A stretch of 64,000 nt of DNA from an uncultured delta proteobacterium (GCA_963733195.1 CAVTCR010000010.1:1-64000); one strand, 5' to 3'; shown: positions 24,067 to 34,775, counted from the first letter of the stretch. Notes: generated by a model not told the origin, from the letters alone. Made by a program: numbers and translations.

Positions 24067-27000
24067 GGTGTGCTTTTTGCTTTCTGGAGAAAAGCAAGTC
24101 GTGCATCGCCCTGTTTTCGAGCTGTACGTGTTTCTGCCTGTGACCCACAAATCAGCGGGAAAGGACACGGACGACACGAATCTGGAGTATTGGGAAAACA
24201 CCCAGTCCGAATACCGTGGGTAATCGCCCCGACCAATGTCTGCAGCACCTCCAGTTCTTCCGACCACGTATCAGGTGAGAATGTTGACGTATTCTCCTTG
24301 CGTACGGCTGCTGGCCGTAGGGTAACGTATTCTGCCCCCACCCACTGCAAATCTGGCCGCAAGAGGCGGGCGGCAAAAAGGTACAATGGAAGCTGTAGCG
24401 CCATACCACCTGCGAAACGTCCGCGAATCGGCTTGCCACTTTTGTAGTCGAGGATACGGGCCTGTTGCCCGTCGGACGTGATATCAATGCGATCGATGCG
24501 ACCATGGATAAAAACCGGGTCTGCCTCATTTCCGACCAACGACATGAGTTGGGCAGGAAAAAACGGCGCTTCTAGACTCGCTTCTTCCCGCCCAAAAGGA
24601 ATCTCGAAACCAATAGGAACGAATGTATCGTCGCGTTCGTATTCCCACTGCAGAAGAAAGAGAAGCTGCGCTCGTATGCGCTCCTGTTCTAGTTCCCACA
24701 GCAGAGGGAGTCCGGTGACTTTTGTCCGTGCAAAAGTAGCACAGTGTATATCAGCCACCTCTGTCAGTAAGCGACGAAGAGGTTCCTGGGGTTGAGAACG
24801 GACAGGAAGCCGATGTTCCCGTTGTAGACGCGAAAAGAAATCGTGCAGAATCATATGCAACAAGGTCCCGCGGTCGCGAGGTCGAATCGTCAGGAGCTGC
24901 TCCGGATCATCTTGCACTGAGAGCCCTAAGATTGCCGTGAGGAAATAGCGGAACGGGCAACGGGCATAGGTTTCCAAAGCACTCACCGAGAGCAACATCC
25001 GTGTGGGAAACAGATACGTGTTCAGTTTCGTCGTGGTCGTCTCTTCTGTCAACACACCATCGAATGCAGTTAGGAACGGTAAATCCCATCGTTGATGTAT
25101 GGCGGTAAGCGCCGAGGAAAAAAATGGTGCTGTTCCAGGAAGATACCCGAGCAGTGACGAATTGCCCGTTTCCTGTGACCGCGCAACACTCGCCCAGTGA
25201 AATTCAATAGTATCGAGGGCTGTCGATGGTGGATCACTCCATAGTGGAGAGAGCGGGACGTGAACACACCAGTCTTTTAACTCTGGCAGAGACACCGACT
25301 GTCCACTCAACGCTTCAACGACACGGAGCAGATAGGTAGAGGGGACTTGTACTCGCCCGCTCGCTTGATCTTGACGGGCGTAGGTGAATACCACGTATTC
25401 AGTCGCACTTTGGAGTGTCAAGGCAAAGGCAAGGCGTTCTTCTTCCACGACCCGGTTCCGTTGCCGCAAATCGCAGAGTAACACCTCACTGAGATGCTGA
25501 CGTTCACTATCGAAAAGCAGCGGATCCTGACGGACAGTCTGAGGAAATTGTCCCTCAACCATTCCGGGAATAATCACTGCACGAAATTGCATCCCCTGTG
25601 CGGACGCGAGATCACCGACAAACACCTTGCTGGTCGGCTCGTCGTTCGCAAGCACTGCTGGAGTCGATGCCAAAGCATCCGTCACAATTTTCCCCCACTC
25701 TCTGAGAGAGATGGATTCATCTAACAGCGTAAGCTGTCCCAGTCGTGCGAATACCGCTGCAACTTGGTCAGTATACAAAGACGGCGAAACATAACGAGAC
25801 AACACCGCACGCATCTGTACTTCCCATCCGTTCCAGCTATTGAGGCGCGGCAGGTGTTCTGTGTCAGCAAGAAAGTCTTCCATGAATTCGATAAAGGTAC
25901 GAAGTACCTGTTGATCAACAAGTTCTTGCGGACTCGTCTCGGTATCGTCAGGCACATTGCGGGCTTGGAGCTGTGCCAAGCGTGTACGCCACTCCTCAGC
26001 TCCTCTTACTATCCCTGCTTCTTGTGACAGGAGGTCCCATCGTGCCAGTTGCGCATACATTGCTGATGCACCCAGAAGTTCAGAAAAGGGTGGACGAGCA
26101 ACACTGAGAAACTCCAATACGCGAGTGCGCGCGTACTCCTCAGCCAACACTCGCCAGAGCAAGGACACACTTTGACCGGCTTGCGTCTGTAACAACGAGA
26201 GGCCTTTCGTAAAAGAACAGGGGACACCGAGTGCGGTCAGGGTTTCGTAGAACAATGGTCCATGTATCCCGAGATTCGGAACGAAGATGGCGATTTCATC
26301 GAAGCGAAGATTGCGTTCACGAACAAGCGTAAAAATGACCCGAGCAATCTCACGGACCTCACGACTAACAGTCGGTGCCGAAAGCAATAACACCGAGTGA
26401 TCATATTTTTGACGTTTCTCATCCACCAAAAAAGAAATCGGCTCAAAAAGTCGCGTTTGCAATTGCGTCAGACTCGTTTGCGGCGTGCCTTCAGCACTGA
26501 GTGTTGTACGGTGAAATCCAAGACTCGTCAGCCACCCGAGCGAAGCGGTTGCAGCTTCATATGCAGCCCCAGGGCGCCATGGGAAGAAGACCAGAGTGTC
26601 ACGATCTCGCACGGCCATTTCAACAACATGTTGTTGGAGAGGTGAGAAGTCGCTAAAGCCGTATATCAAGAGCGGGGTCGTCTCATGGCATTCCTCGAGC
26701 ACAGATGCCGCACGCTCCAAGATATCCGCATCATCGTACAAATGCTGTGCAGCAAGAAACTGGGCATAGCTCGTATACAGCTCCTGTAAACTTTCGCTTC
26801 GTTGTTGGTAGACTCCGGTTGGATGCGTCCGATCGAGGAAGTACTGCAACCCCTGCGGCGAGATTCGTGCCTGTTTGAACTCTTGGAGAGTCATCACCAC
26901 ATGGCGAAGGAAACCTGGTTGGGAAGCCAGTACAGAGAAGTAGTTCTGTGCACCAGCGTCAGCAAGCAATTTCTTGATGACTAACGAAGCAGTCAAAGAG

Positions 27001-27263
27001 GAGAGCGGTTGCCGCTTTTCCTGCAGCAGCGCATGTTCAGCCCTATCTTTGGCAAACTCACTCAGGGTGAAGACATGAAGTCCAAGATACCCATCCCCTG
27101 CTTTCGCCACGGCTTGTTGTAAATGTGCAGCAAGGAATTCATGCGGTACGAGAATGGTTACGGGTAGCAGCACATCAGCCGCCTTGAGCGTTTGCACTGC
27201 CGTCACCAGGGCATTCTGCAAAACAGTGAACGACTCACTCACAAACAGACGCTGTTGCGGCAT
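24063..27263 (-). CDS. addB: AddB-like PD-(D/E)XK nuclease subunit
   Basis: SVSALETYARCPFRYF, GRIDRID, LDYKSG, QLPLY, CRPCPFPLIC Fe-S cysteines; coupled to addA. Confidence 0.85.
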   Translation of the reverse strand: MPQQRLFVSESFTVLQNALVTAVQTLKAADVLLPVTILVPHEFLAAHLQQAVAKAGDGYLGLHVFTLSEFAKDRAEHALLQEKRQPLSSLTASLVIKKLLADAGAQNYFSVLASQPGFLRHVVMTLQEFKQARISPQGLQYFLDRTHPTGVYQQRSESLQELYTSYAQFLAAQHLYDDADILERAASVLEECHETTPLLIYGFSDFSPLQQHVVEMAVRDRDTLVFFPWRPGAAYEAATASLGWLTSLGFHRTTLSAEGTPQTSLTQLQTRLFEPISFLVDEKRQKYDHSVLLLSAPTVSREVREIARVIFTLVRERNLRFDEIAIFVPNLGIHGPLFYETLTALGVPCSFTKGLSLLQTQAGQSVSLLWRVLAEEYARTRVLEFLSVARPPFSELLGASAMYAQLARWDLLSQEAGIVRGAEEWRTRLAQLQARNVPDDTETSPQELVDQQVLRTFIEFMEDFLADTEHLPRLNSWNGWEVQMRAVLSRYVSPSLYTDQVAAVFARLGQLTLLDESISLREWGKIVTDALASTPAVLANDEPTSKVFVGDLASAQGMQFRAVIIPGMVEGQFPQTVRQDPLLFDSERQHLSEVLLCDLRQRNRVVEEERLAFALTLQSATEYVVFTYARQDQASGRVQVPSTYLLRVVEALSGQSVSLPELKDWCVHVPLSPLWSDPPSTALDTIEFHWASVARSQETGNSSLLGYLPGTAPFFSSALTAIHQRWDLPFLTAFDGVLTEETTTTKLNTYLFPTRMLLSVSALETYARCPFRYFLTAILGLSVQDDPEQLLTIRPRDRGTLLHMILHDFFSRLQREHRLPVRSQPQEPLRRLLTEVADIHCATFARTKVTGLPLLWELEQERIRAQLLFLLQWEYERDDTFVPIGFEIPFGREEASLEAPFFPAQLMSLVGNEADPVFIHGRIDRIDITSDGQQARILDYKSGKPIRGRFAGGMALQLPLYLFAARLLRPDLQWVGAEYVTLRPAAVRKENTSTFSPDTWSEELEVLQTLVGAITHGIRTGCFPNTPDSCRPCPFPLICGSQAETRTARKQGDARLAFLQKAKSTP

Positions 27264-27319
27264 ACGTTTGTGCCTAGAGGTTTCTCAGGCCGTTGGCAAG
27301 AACCTCTCCTGCTTCAAAT

Positions 27320-27388
27320 CCCACAACTTTCCCATAACTTTCCCACAACTTCCTGCTCGTTTCGTACATCTTCTCCGTGCATGACGCC
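27320..27388 (+). promoter_or_regulatory. Conserved upstream element copy A: triple CCCA(C/T)AAC at 11-bp period, then AAC-N17-CATC
   Basis: Repeat units at 27320, 27331, 27342; same architecture at 29870 and 37420. Confidence 0.75.
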
Positions 27389-27521
27389 GATCCTGCAAGG
27401 AGCACGCACGATGAACAGCGCAATTCGCGCTCCGCCTCCGATCATCAGCAAAACCGGCGCGGAACAACGACAGAACAATAAACACTCAAGCAACACAATC
27501 CACAGTAAGGAAAATACAATT

Positions 27522-27986
27522 ATGAAACACACATCTTCATGGGATTTCGTCGCTGGCTACTCACCAGTGCTCTCACCTTGGGTCATAAGCACCATCGCTA
27601 TGGTGAACACCCCTGGTTTCGCACAAGTCATTCCTGGCGATCCTGACCACCTCAAGTGTTACGAAGTGATTCAGGACCAAAATCCTGCGGGCCAAAACGA
27701 AGTGGATCTGGTCAATAAATTTGGATTGGAACCTGGCTGCCACGTCGGCAAAAAGGCACGCCGTTACTGCACCCCAGCCCGCAAGTTCATTGAAGGTGGC
27801 AATGGCGATGACCCGCGGGGCGTTGCCCTCAACACCGACTTTACCTGTTATCGACTCGAATGCCCAGACAGTCCCATTCGAGAGTTAGCCATCGATGACC
27901 AGTTCGGCAACCGCCACATCCGCATCGACGATGCCGTGATGCTGTGCACGCCAACGGAGTTGGAGGGAGTGCAGGTAGAGGACTAA
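27522..27986 (+). CDS. Secreted cysteine-containing hypothetical protein (DHxKCY...DQFG repeat-type domain)
   Basis: AAGGA RBS before ATG 27522; signal-like N-terminus; two internal units DHLKCYEV...NKFG...YCTP and DFTCYRL...DQFG...LCTP. Confidence 0.7.
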   Translation: MKHTSSWDFVAGYSPVLSPWVISTIAMVNTPGFAQVIPGDPDHLKCYEVIQDQNPAGQNEVDLVNKFGLEPGCHVGKKARRYCTPARKFIEGGNGDDPRGVALNTDFTCYRLECPDSPIRELAIDDQFGNRHIRIDDAVMLCTPTELEGVQVED

Positions 27987-28061
27987 ACCATCAATACCAG
28001 AGCACCCTAATGAGTTTTGACAAGCAAGTTCGGTAAAATTCAGACCTGTGGCTCGAAGGTT

Positions 28062-28094
28062 CCCTCTCCCGCCGGGAGAGGGACAGGGTGAGGG
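28062..28094. repeat. REP-like palindrome CCCTCTCCC-gcc-GGGAGAGGG...GGGTGAGGG
   Basis: Perfect 9-bp stem plus GGGTGAGGG tail, intergenic. Confidence 0.65.
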
Positions 28095-28249
28095 AGAGTA
28101 AACGGCGGGGTTGCCGATTTTGATCGTCAATTTTCATTAGAGTGCTCTGGCCTTCCTTACCGCCGGGAACGATTTGCCTCCATTCTCCCCTTTGCGGGAG
28201 ATAGGAGAACTAAGCCTGGAAACACTGAACGCTGTAGACAATCTCACAA

Positions 28250-28556
28250 ACAGAGGAGAAAAACCATGAAAGTAGTGAATATGTTGAGATCCGCTGGAGC
28301 TCTTGGTTGTACACGGTGGTGGAACCACAACAGAGCCGATGATGTCTTGAGGGGATTACCGCGCTGGTGGAGAAAAAAGAGCATTGCCGGCACGGCACGG
28401 TGTGCAACGCTGGTTGGTTTGAGTGTGTTGGTGGCCACGTTGTGTCTGCAGCCATCACTGGCAGTCGCCGTCAAGGACGTGCCGTATGGCGAGGACGGTT
28501 CACCCCCCGACAATGAAGCTCAGGCCGACGCGGACGCGTTCAACGACGCAATCTTA
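28250..28556 (+). repeat. 307-bp leader duplication, copy 1 (RBS plus 97 codons)
   Basis: Matches 37527-37833; 89/97 identical amino acids. Confidence 0.95.
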
Positions 28557-29723
28557 GAAGGGGACGTGGAAGACCTGGGGGTGTGGTACCAGGTGAAGTT
28601 CTGCGGCTGGTATCGACTGTCCTTTGCCGACGATATGGCCAGCTTACCGGCGGGATCGGCGTCCTACGACTACTGGACAACTAACGACGATCAGCGGGCT
28701 CTCGGGGCCAAGATCAAGGTGATACGCAACTCCGATAGGGCGGTGGTGCACGAAGCATTCACGCCTTGGACCGGGGTCGACATCGGATGTACACCCTCGC
28801 TCACTCTGAACTCGGCGGAATCCTACGAGGTGCGTATTTATTCGACCGCCAACGTGAATAGCAATACGATCACCGTGAAGAACGACGACGTAGACCAAGA
28901 CGTATACTATTCGGTTGCCCGGTCCGCCTTTACGCCCACCGCATCGAACACGATTAACGTATATACCGGGACCCATGCGGCGTGGAATATTGCCGGCGCT
29001 GCAGGCTGGGCAATGTCACGCCGTAACGGCGGGCTCAATGGCGAAACGTTCGTGGTGTACGATCAGGCCTGCCCTGGTGGCACAAGCAATTGTTTGAGTG
29101 GCGGCAATAACTATATCGTCACCGATACCAGCAAATTTGTCATCGTGCACGAACTGGGACACGCGCTGGTGAAAAAGGCCAATGCTGGCAGCGGAGCTAA
29201 TGTTAGCACTGCCCTGGTAAATGCGACCTGTCCAAATGTGGGTGGCACGCATGATTTCAATTCGCTCGAGTGGCAAAGCGGTGCCGCTAACGAAGGCTTC
29301 GCCAGCTACTATGCGGCGGTGGCGTGGAATCAAACCCAGGAGCCGAATTGTACCTATGTGCTACACCGCTGGAACGACTGGAATCTCGATGGAGTTAACA
29401 GCGATACCAGGGTGTTCTCCTGCGAAGGCGCAGCTCCTGGCGAGAGCGATGCCGAGGACTACGCTGGCCAGTTCTGTGGGGCGGCTTCCAACCAGGGCAC
29501 CCAACTCGACTGGATGCGGTTTTTCTGGGATCTCGACAACAAAGAAGGGCTAAACACCACGGACATTGTCGATATGTGGGTTGACTCGTCACCGGATACG
29601 TGGACCGCGACCGGCGTCGGTTCGGGTGCCGGGTTTCCGAGCTTTGAACTCGAGGCCGCCGCTGACCGACTCGGTTTTGGCACAGCTTGGAACAATCAGG
29701 AATCCAACGGCTCACTTCGCTGA
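28266..29723 (+). CDS. Secreted zinc metallopeptidase-like protein with extended leader
   Basis: VIVHELGH (HEXXH), downstream ANEGFASY, FFWDL; hydrophobic signal segment near aa 48-68. Confidence 0.75.
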   Translation: MKVVNMLRSAGALGCTRWWNHNRADDVLRGLPRWWRKKSIAGTARCATLVGLSVLVATLCLQPSLAVAVKDVPYGEDGSPPDNEAQADADAFNDAILEGDVEDLGVWYQVKFCGWYRLSFADDMASLPAGSASYDYWTTNDDQRALGAKIKVIRNSDRAVVHEAFTPWTGVDIGCTPSLTLNSAESYEVRIYSTANVNSNTITVKNDDVDQDVYYSVARSAFTPTASNTINVYTGTHAAWNIAGAAGWAMSRRNGGLNGETFVVYDQACPGGTSNCLSGGNNYIVTDTSKFVIVHELGHALVKKANAGSGANVSTALVNATCPNVGGTHDFNSLEWQSGAANEGFASYYAAVAWNQTQEPNCTYVLHRWNDWNLDGVNSDTRVFSCEGAAPGESDAEDYAGQFCGAASNQGTQLDWMRFFWDLDNKEGLNTTDIVDMWVDSSPDTWTATGVGSGAGFPSFELEAAADRLGFGTAWNNQESNGSLR

Positions 29724-29869
29724 AACCCGGCCAAAGAGGAGGAGGGTGGGTCGCATCTCACCCTCTCCTCGACTGAAGCGGGAAAAACGTCGCATCGTCA
29801 GGCTACGAAGGTCAGGAGACAGTAAGCGACGAAAACAGCATTGTTTCGTCGCTCAATCGCTGCGCAAAT

Positions 29870-29950
29870 CCCACAACTTTCCCACAACTCTCCCACAACT
29901 TTCTCTCCCTTTCACACGTCTTCTCCCTACGCGACCTCAGACCTGCAGGA
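29870..29950 (+). promoter_or_regulatory. Conserved upstream element copy B: triple CCCACAAC, AAC-N17-CGTC, CCTGCAGG
   Basis: Repeat units at 29870, 29881, 29892. Confidence 0.75.
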
Positions 29951-29985
29951 AAAGTAGCAAATTCAGGAATTCTCAGGAGGTTTTT

Positions 29986-31662
29986 ATGCATTTATCACTT
30001 TGGACCATTCTTCGCTTCGCCCGGAAACTTTCTTTCGCTCTGCCTCTTATCGGGCTCAGTATTCCTGCGAACCCAACATTGGCACAGACGAACAACTGTA
30101 GTGCTCCCTATTGGCAGGACACATTGCGATGTGCTGTGTTTCCTAACGATCCACCGCAAGCAAATTTCAACACGCGTCCTCTGAATGCTTCAGAGGTAAA
30201 AGACTTCTCACGGGTCTTTCTCAATAACAATCCCGCCGTTCGTTGTGCAGACGGCACTCGCCCCCTTATGTACGTCGACAAGGCTGTCGGTGCGCCCTCG
30301 AACAAGTGGATTTTCTCTATGACCGGCGGCGGCTCCTGTAATGCTCACGACAGCAACGGAGACGGTGTCTTCGACGATGCTCAGGAATGTCTCGATACGT
30401 ATAGCGATCCACAAGAGCACGGTGAGATGGGAACTGCGTCCCAACCGCCGATGAGAAACCTCGAAGGGATCAATCGTCCTGATACACTGCGAAATCCGGT
30501 TTTCGCCGGCTATAACCGCGTGCGCGTGCAGAAGTGCAGCTACGATCGCTACAACGGTCGCGCCGCGTACGAAGCCGCAGGTGGCTACTTCCATGAGACA
30601 GCTCCGACTGGCGTGGTTATTGATTTCAACCTGTACCAGCACGGCTACCTGATTATGGAAGAAGCGTTAGCGGCCCTGCAGAGCGGTCTGACTTACACTA
30701 CGTGGACCGTCAGTGGCGCCGGGGGCCCAAGGCGTGTTATCGAAGAGCAGGAATCCCTCCCACCGCTTGCCGACGCCGAGATCGTTCTCTTCATTGGCCA
30801 CTCTGGGGGCGCGCACGGGCTCTTTCATAATATCGACTACCTCGCAACATCACTTGCAGCTATACCCGGATTCGCAGGCGATGTGCGAGCACTGTTCGAC
30901 GCAAACTTTCTTGAGTCGATCGAGAATGAAGCGGCATTTGCTACTGATGCCTTCGGGACCCCATTGGATGGCGATGCCTACAGCAACATTTGGACAGGAT
31001 ACACAATCGGTGATGGGATTCCCTTTGCGTACGATGGAGCAACGCGCTATGCCACTAGCGATATCGTCGAACAGTACAACAGTTGGGCCGCAGTGTTCGA
31101 CTCTTCGTGTCTCGCCGCCCATACTGCCACTGGCGACGACTGGAAATGTCGAGATCGCTATCATGTACTCTTCAATCATATCGCTACCCCCTTCTTCTTC
31201 CGCGAGGACTTTACCGACCCCAATCAGGAGCATATCAATCACGGCAATGGACACTTCGTCGCATGGGGGACGTGGGATGCATATTCCCATTGCCCCGCAG
31301 GCTTCAACCCTTGCCCGCCACTCTTTACGGTTGATGAACACCGTACCCGACTGACACAACAGTTTGAGACACTTCTCGAAGGATCGTCCTCCCGCTCAGA
31401 ACTTGCAACCGGTGTAGACCCTAGCCTTGGCGTCGGTAACTTTCCGACCTTCTACGCATGGATGCCCAATTGCGGCGTTCACGAAGGCGCCTACGACGAC
31501 GCGTCTTTCTATAATACCGCGGTGTCGTACAAAACCTTTACCCACTCGATGCGACAGTGGCTTGAAGGCTTCATGTGGGTTGGGCGTACGAACTTACGCG
31601 GCTCGCGTGTCGACGGCCGGGCTGACAGTAGCGGCAATGTGATGACCAGTACGTGCCCATGA
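29986..31662 (+). CDS. Secreted pectinacetylesterase/Notum-family hydrolase
   Basis: AGGAGG RBS before ATG 29986, signal peptide, CADGT, TGGGSC, YNRVRVQKCSYD, GHSGG nucleophile motif. Confidence 0.78.
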   Translation: MHLSLWTILRFARKLSFALPLIGLSIPANPTLAQTNNCSAPYWQDTLRCAVFPNDPPQANFNTRPLNASEVKDFSRVFLNNNPAVRCADGTRPLMYVDKAVGAPSNKWIFSMTGGGSCNAHDSNGDGVFDDAQECLDTYSDPQEHGEMGTASQPPMRNLEGINRPDTLRNPVFAGYNRVRVQKCSYDRYNGRAAYEAAGGYFHETAPTGVVIDFNLYQHGYLIMEEALAALQSGLTYTTWTVSGAGGPRRVIEEQESLPPLADAEIVLFIGHSGGAHGLFHNIDYLATSLAAIPGFAGDVRALFDANFLESIENEAAFATDAFGTPLDGDAYSNIWTGYTIGDGIPFAYDGATRYATSDIVEQYNSWAAVFDSSCLAAHTATGDDWKCRDRYHVLFNHIATPFFFREDFTDPNQEHINHGNGHFVAWGTWDAYSHCPAGFNPCPPLFTVDEHRTRLTQQFETLLEGSSSRSELATGVDPSLGVGNFPTFYAWMPNCGVHEGAYDDASFYNTAVSYKTFTHSMRQWLEGFMWVGRTNLRGSRVDGRADSSGNVMTSTCP

Positions 31663-32872
31663 CGCACCTCGCTGCACAGACTGTGAGCGTAGGGTGCGTC
31701 GACATCGGAATCCGGATTTTCGGCATCGGGTGCCGGGGCCGTTGCCAGCCGTGGCGGAGATTGAAGCGGAACTGACGGCGTTACTCACCCCCGCGTTGTT
31801 CGCGCCGCGCCAGCTGGAACGGCGCGACCCGCGCAATCCCGCTCGGCGGATTCGGCTGCGCGCGCGGATTTTGACGTTACCGGTGATGGTGGCCCTGGTG
31901 GTGAGTTTGGTCTGGCGGCGCTTGGGCGCCATTGCCGAGGTGCAGCGCGTGGTAGTGCAAGACGGCTTGCTGTGGGTATCGCCGTTGCAGGTCAGCGAAC
32001 AAGCGATCGCCAAACGGCTCGATACGTTGCCCGCCAGTGCGCTTGGCAGCGGTGTTTACGGAGGTGAGTGCGCGCTTGCAGGCCCAACCCCCACCGCAGC
32101 ATCCCTGGCCTGGAGCGCTGGACGGAAGTGCGGGCGCAGTTTCCGCGCATTGCCATGGTCGATGGTTCGACGCTCGAAGCGCTGCGCAAAAAGACTCAGC
32201 CCCTGCAAGCTCAGCCGGGCCTCGTGCTCGCGGGCCGGATGATGGTGATGGTCGAAGCCTTTACCCATCGGCCGCTGTGGCAACTCTATCACCGAAGATG
32301 CGGCGGCCAATGATAAACGCTTTGCCACGGAAATTCTCGCGGCCGTGCCCGACGGCGGGTTGTTGGTCTTTGACTTGGGCTTCTTTAGCTTCTTATGGTT
32401 TGACGATTTTACCGACCAGCAGAAATACTTCGTGACCCGCTTGCGCCAGAAGACCGCCTATCGCACGACCCAGTGTTCTCAGTACCAGCCCGTACTATCG
32501 CGATGAACTCATTGAGGTGGGGCTGCATCATTCCCATCCCTGCCGTCACCCCTTACGCTTGGTCTCAGTCTTATGGCGCGGGCAGTGGTATCGCTACCTC
32601 ACCAACGTTCTCGATCCGACGCAGCTCTCCGCGCGCCACATTTGTGAGTTGTATCGGCGGCGCTGGCGTATTGAAGATGCCTTCTTGGTCACCAAACGCG
32701 TGCTCGATCTCGCCTACCTGTGGAAAGCCTCGGCCAATGGCGTCCAACTCCAACTCTATGCCACTTTCCTCTTCTACCTCGTGCTTCTCAATGTCTGTCA
32801 GCAGGTCGCTCAGAGCCTCAACGAACCGTTGGAACGCATCTCAGTGGAGATGGTCTTTCGCGCTTTCTACCA
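31657..32872 (+). mobile_element. IS4-family transposase element, frameshifted and apparently 3'-truncated; boundaries approximate
   Basis: MVDGSTL, VFDLGFFS, YFVTRL, YLTNVLDP, LYRRRWRIEDAF..TKR (YREK motif); no matching right inverted repeat found. Confidence 0.85.
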
Positions 32873-32954
32873 GGTCGCGACCCCACCCTACATGATTCGT
32901 CACTACATAATCCTTGTTTCTACGCGGGGACACCACACTCAGAAAGGAATAGTT

Positions 32955-34775
32955 ATGCAACCGATAATCGCTCTCATACGCACTTGGTTAAAGACTTCAA
33001 TTTGTTTGCTTACGCTATTGTTGATTCAAAGTCAGGCTGGCATGGCGGTGGCAACTCTTGATGGGGCCCAATGTGGGGAAGACGGCCTTTGCAGGATGAA
33101 CGGGTGCCCAGACCCAGACCCCGATTGCCCGAACGACGATCTCCCAAACAATGGCTCAGGTGGTGGCGGTGGCGGTAATTCAGCGCATTTCACGATCGAA
33201 GGGAAAGTGGAATTCTTCGCCGCCTATCACAGCGGTCAACGTGTCGGACAGGTTCCGAACGGGCAATCGCCGTTGCCTTACCTCCATGTCTGCGCGTGGG
33301 ATAAGGATGATGCTGTCGATTTCGAATTCACCGATTACCCCACCGCGCCCGGGAGCGGAGGAAACGACGAATTCCTCGGTTGTGACAGGGCTGACGTCAA
33401 CGGGAACTTCCACATCAACGCCTCGTTTGCAACAGGCGGAGAGAGTGAGCCTGACATCTATCTGGTCACTCTTCTTTGCGACGACACCGGAGAAGGGGCT
33501 GCCTCGGCAGCGGACGTATGCGTGCGGATCAATGCAGAAGAAGCAGACGCCGACTACCCAAGAAACGCGAAGTCGATCTGGTCGCGCGTGTACGCGGACA
33601 TCAACCCCAACGGGACCACGGTGACTATCTCGTGGAATCTATCGTGTCCGAATCGGAGTGGGTTGAATTCCGCATCCGTGACGTGTGCCGGAGACACAGA
33701 GCCTGACAACTGGGCCGAGTCCTCTCCCGGAGCCGCTGACTGGTGCGCGTGCCAGGACGAGCCGTGGAAAGAATGCCTGACCACAATCCCGTCCTGTTCG
33801 ACCTGCGGAGACACGAACTCCCGATACGGCTGCAACAAAGAGGCGGTTCATGTGTATCGTGCCGCGATCGAACCCTACGTGACATGGGGCACCAACAAGC
33901 CAGCCGCCGACAGCACCTTCTCAAAAGACTGTGACACTGCCGACATCTGGGATGACGGGGGAGACGATCACTGCGAGATGGATGAGTGCCAGGACGAAGC
34001 CCGATTTCACCTGTCGAATATTCAAGCAATAGCAGGAATGGGATACGAACAAGAGGGATCCGATGGGACAGGTGTTTGCGAGCCGGACCCCGCAGACCCC
34101 CAGAATGGGGCAGGTGACTTTGATCGGATCTGCATTCAAACGCCAGATCAACCGTTCAGAGTCGTCCACGAATACGGACACGTCATCCAAAACCGGTGGC
34201 TGTGTGACCCCAGGGACGCCAGGAAGCGTGTCAACGGAAGTTCCGCCCAGAACCATGCGACTCGAGAGGGGTGGGCGAACTATGTCGCGTCGAAGGCCTG
34301 GTCAGTGGATCGGTATTGTCAAGAAGGCAGCGGCGGCAACGATTGCTACTCCATGGAAGCAGGTGGAACGAACAACGGGGACGAAGTGAGTGTCGGCCAG
34401 TTCTTCTGGGACCTCGGTGACCCCGTTGATGATGCTGGCTGGACCGAAACAGAGGACCGGACATTTCAAGAGATCCGCAATGTCTGGAGTGCTTTTCCAA
34501 ACGGGTCGGGTCCGTCACAGACACGCGAGTGCGATCCAGGGCCCCCGCCGGGTATCGATTGCTCAGGCAGCGCTGGTCACCAGGCGAATGGGGTGAACAT
34601 GTTGGACTACTCCTACTGGTTTAAGGTGAAGATGACGGGGAGACGGCGGTTGACGACTTCATATTGCGACACGCTGAGACAGAACGACCTGACTATTCAC
34701 AGTGACTCGCTCGCAAGTGGCGATTTGGATGACATCTGTCGTTCTCTGAGTTGGACGGCTATCCCCGTACCGTAG
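32955..34775 (+). CDS. Secreted Cys-rich zinc metallopeptidase-like protein
   Basis: AAAGGA RBS before ATG 32955; signal peptide; CGEDGLC...CPDPDPDC repeat; VVHEYGH, TREGWANY, FFWDL. Confidence 0.75.
   Translation: MQPIIALIRTWLKTSICLLTLLLIQSQAGMAVATLDGAQCGEDGLCRMNGCPDPDPDCPNDDLPNNGSGGGGGGNSAHFTIEGKVEFFAAYHSGQRVGQVPNGQSPLPYLHVCAWDKDDAVDFEFTDYPTAPGSGGNDEFLGCDRADVNGNFHINASFATGGESEPDIYLVTLLCDDTGEGAASAADVCVRINAEEADADYPRNAKSIWSRVYADINPNGTTVTISWNLSCPNRSGLNSASVTCAGDTEPDNWAESSPGAADWCACQDEPWKECLTTIPSCSTCGDTNSRYGCNKEAVHVYRAAIEPYVTWGTNKPAADSTFSKDCDTADIWDDGGDDHCEMDECQDEARFHLSNIQAIAGMGYEQEGSDGTGVCEPDPADPQNGAGDFDRICIQTPDQPFRVVHEYGHVIQNRWLCDPRDARKRVNGSSAQNHATREGWANYVASKAWSVDRYCQEGSGGNDCYSMEAGGTNNGDEVSVGQFFWDLGDPVDDAGWTETEDRTFQEIRNVWSAFPNGSGPSQTRECDPGPPPGIDCSGSAGHQANGVNMLDYSYWFKVKMTGRRRLTTSYCDTLRQNDLTIHSDSLASGDLDDICRSLSWTAIPVP

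Noticed and set aside
27320-27350. Triple CCCACAAC as CRISPR remnant or replication iteron
   Set aside because: Units are only 8 bp with 3-bp gaps, no Rep or cas gene, and all copies sit upstream of genes in the same orientation.
29566-29985. Long N-terminal extensions of ORFs 27192, 29566 and 37312
   Set aside because: They run through the conserved upstream element; strong RBSs mark later starts at 27522, 29986 and 37543.
32517-34775. 752-aa transposase-peptidase fusion protein
   Set aside because: An RBS and signal peptide at 32955 indicate an independent start; the upstream part is a broken IS remnant.
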